A DNA stretch of 62,286 bases, the filler included, from Sphacelaria rigidula (taxonomy: Eukaryota), in the NCBI GenBank assembly GCA_964200075.2. It is 11 parts of 11 records of this genome, joined end to end, with 100 filler letters (N's around TTAATTAATTAA, not from the genome) between each part and the next. Parts side by side here need not be neighbours in the genome. Positions count along the whole stretch, not along the records: positions 56,716 to 62,286 come from CAXNAA020026228.1; 10 more parts are not named here. One strand, 5' to 3'. Every line of letters begins with the position of its first letter. Within the stretch, counting starts at the first letter, position 1. Below are positions 60,501-62,286 of this stretch, in pieces. The position numbers were made by a program, and so were the translations under genes. The notes under the pieces were generated by a model. It was not told the DNA's origin, made no database searches, and saw nothing but the letters and a program-made list of their open reading frames with translations.

Positions 60501-62207
60501 TAACGCAGGCAGCAACGGATCCTGCCATCCGTGTCATTAATATCTTCGCCCGGTTATGGACCTACGCTCGAAAACACACAGCTATTCATATCTAGCACCA
60601 ATTGGGGCTCCGTTGCATATCTGAGGGTTCCGAGGCTCAACGTTGACGTTCCAAGTCTCTTGACAGCTCCACGTTAAGCTTCTCTCGCGCAAACAGTGGG
60701 TTCTGCTACAAGCCCTTGCGGGCGTGCCTGGCGAGGGGGTAACGTCCGGTTACGGACAGCGCCAGAACTTCTGGAACGGGCGTGCTGAGAATCTGCCAGC
60801 CCCGGGGTCGGCTGTGGTGGTATCCTTCCCCCGGTACTATTTTGGAGTACGACCGTGTCCGATTTATACGTTGATATTTCGGTGATTGACCAACTTGCAC
60901 TTCGCCGAGATCTTGCGGGGTATGTTGCTATCTAACAAAGTGGCACGTTATGTGATGGTGCACAAATCTAGTTCCATGCCAGACACCGTCAGCAGCAAAC
61001 AAGGTTTTCGTGAGATTGAGAGTAGAGCGTTGATTGAGAGCGGGTCTGGTCATTCGCTTTAACTTGACGAATTTCTCATTCTCTGTGTGCTTTTCTTTGT
61101 CTGAAATACTGGCGTGTGCTTGCTTGCAGCTACACATCGATATCCTACTCAAGGATATCAAGGGCTTCAGTGGCATCGAACTGCAGAAAACATATCGGGC
61201 CTCGTCGAGGGGGCATTTCGGAACTGAAACGATTCATTCAGTTGATTGACCGTTCTTCACTCTCAACCGTATCCTCTACTCTCAATCTCACGAAAAAGCT
61301 ATCAGTAGTACTCGTGTGCACGGAGTGCACCCCCCCCCCGGCTCTAAGAACACAGTACCATTTTCGCCCTGACCTGCTGGACCGAGAGAGGTTCTGAGTA
61401 GCAACCGCTTGCGATCTGTGCAGTGACATTTGTCCTTGACCTTGATGATTCCTCCACCGCCGATCCACGCTTGCTGCGCCTGCTGCGCCAGCTGCCCGTG
61501 CTCATTTTGTATCACTCTCAATAAAAATGATTATTTGGAACAACATGAGCACTTCAACCGGAACATAAAAAATTTAACAATTCACCGGCACCCAAGAAGC
61601 CTACATATCATGAAAAGGAACAAACACTACTGTGGTGGAAAGTATAATAGTGTGTTTGTTTTTGTCGAATCATAACGCGGGCCCTACAAACCAAAACGCC
61701 AACCAAATCCGAGGTATCCGGAGAACCCTTCCGGTCGAGGGGGATACATACAGTATTTTTCATTGATTGTCGTACTTGAACTGATTTCCTCCGAGGATCC
61801 ATCCGTGGTCATATGAACTGCGAGCCTCGTAAAAGATCCGAGTATTATGATGATTCCTGAAAGAAACAGGTTTATTCAACCATGTATCTGGGGAAGCGGC
61901 TTGGGGAGAATTCTACCGAGTATCGTGGGACAGGTTGGCTTGATCTCCCGAGACTACTGCGGGCTCGTCCCGAGAAAGAGGGTTGGGTTTGATTGAGGGT
62001 TCACGCGAAACCGGCCCCCCAAATCCATCGTTGTACATATGCTTCCTCTGTTCCATTAGTTCGGTTATGGGGCGTGGGTTAAATTACCCCATGCTGACGT
62101 TTGCGCGATGCTGTGTAAGTGGGTTCACCTGAAAGATGAAAGCAAGGGGAAGCTGGTGGAACGAGCAAAAACAAGGATATAAAATATTTCCCCCCACAAC
62201 TTCTGGT

Positions 62208-62286
62208 GAGACACCCATGAGGCAGTGTATAAGCAACGGCTGTCTGAAGAAGTGGCGATACCAGAGAATAAAGCAACTCATTGGAG
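62208..62286 (-). mobile_element. Module A fragment (contig end)
   Basis: Reverse complement caatgagttgc...ctggtatcgccacttc..cagacagcc...tacactgcctcatgggtgtctc matches ~18115-18190. Confidence 0.85.

Overview
Eukaryotic, repeat-rich DNA, most likely a brown alga or related stramenopile (inferred from short GT-AG exons with long introns and the transposon types; not proven). It is not one locus: eleven unrelated contigs of 5571-5572 bp are joined by an artificial N44-TTAATTAATTAA-N44 spacer. Three fragmentary host genes are recognisable: SNW1/SKIP (4 exons, minus), pescadillo/PES1 (last 3 exons, minus) and a divergent importin-alpha (6 exons, plus). Most of the remainder that I could identify is mobile DNA: a decayed Ty1/copia nested in a decayed Ty3/gypsy, a second gypsy 3' end with LTR, tRNA-headed SINEs, several retroposon-tail families, and many non-autonomous TIR elements with visible target-site duplications. 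I found no CRISPR array, intact RNA gene or viral gene, and no unambiguous new system. Best leads: a modular, G-tract-punctuated TIR element family that occupies many contig ends; an (AATC)n-tailed retroposon family whose stem-loop covaries between copies; a decayed hammerhead-like fold; a 39/41-bp higher-order minisatellite; and an Ala-rich 11/13-aa repeat ORF.
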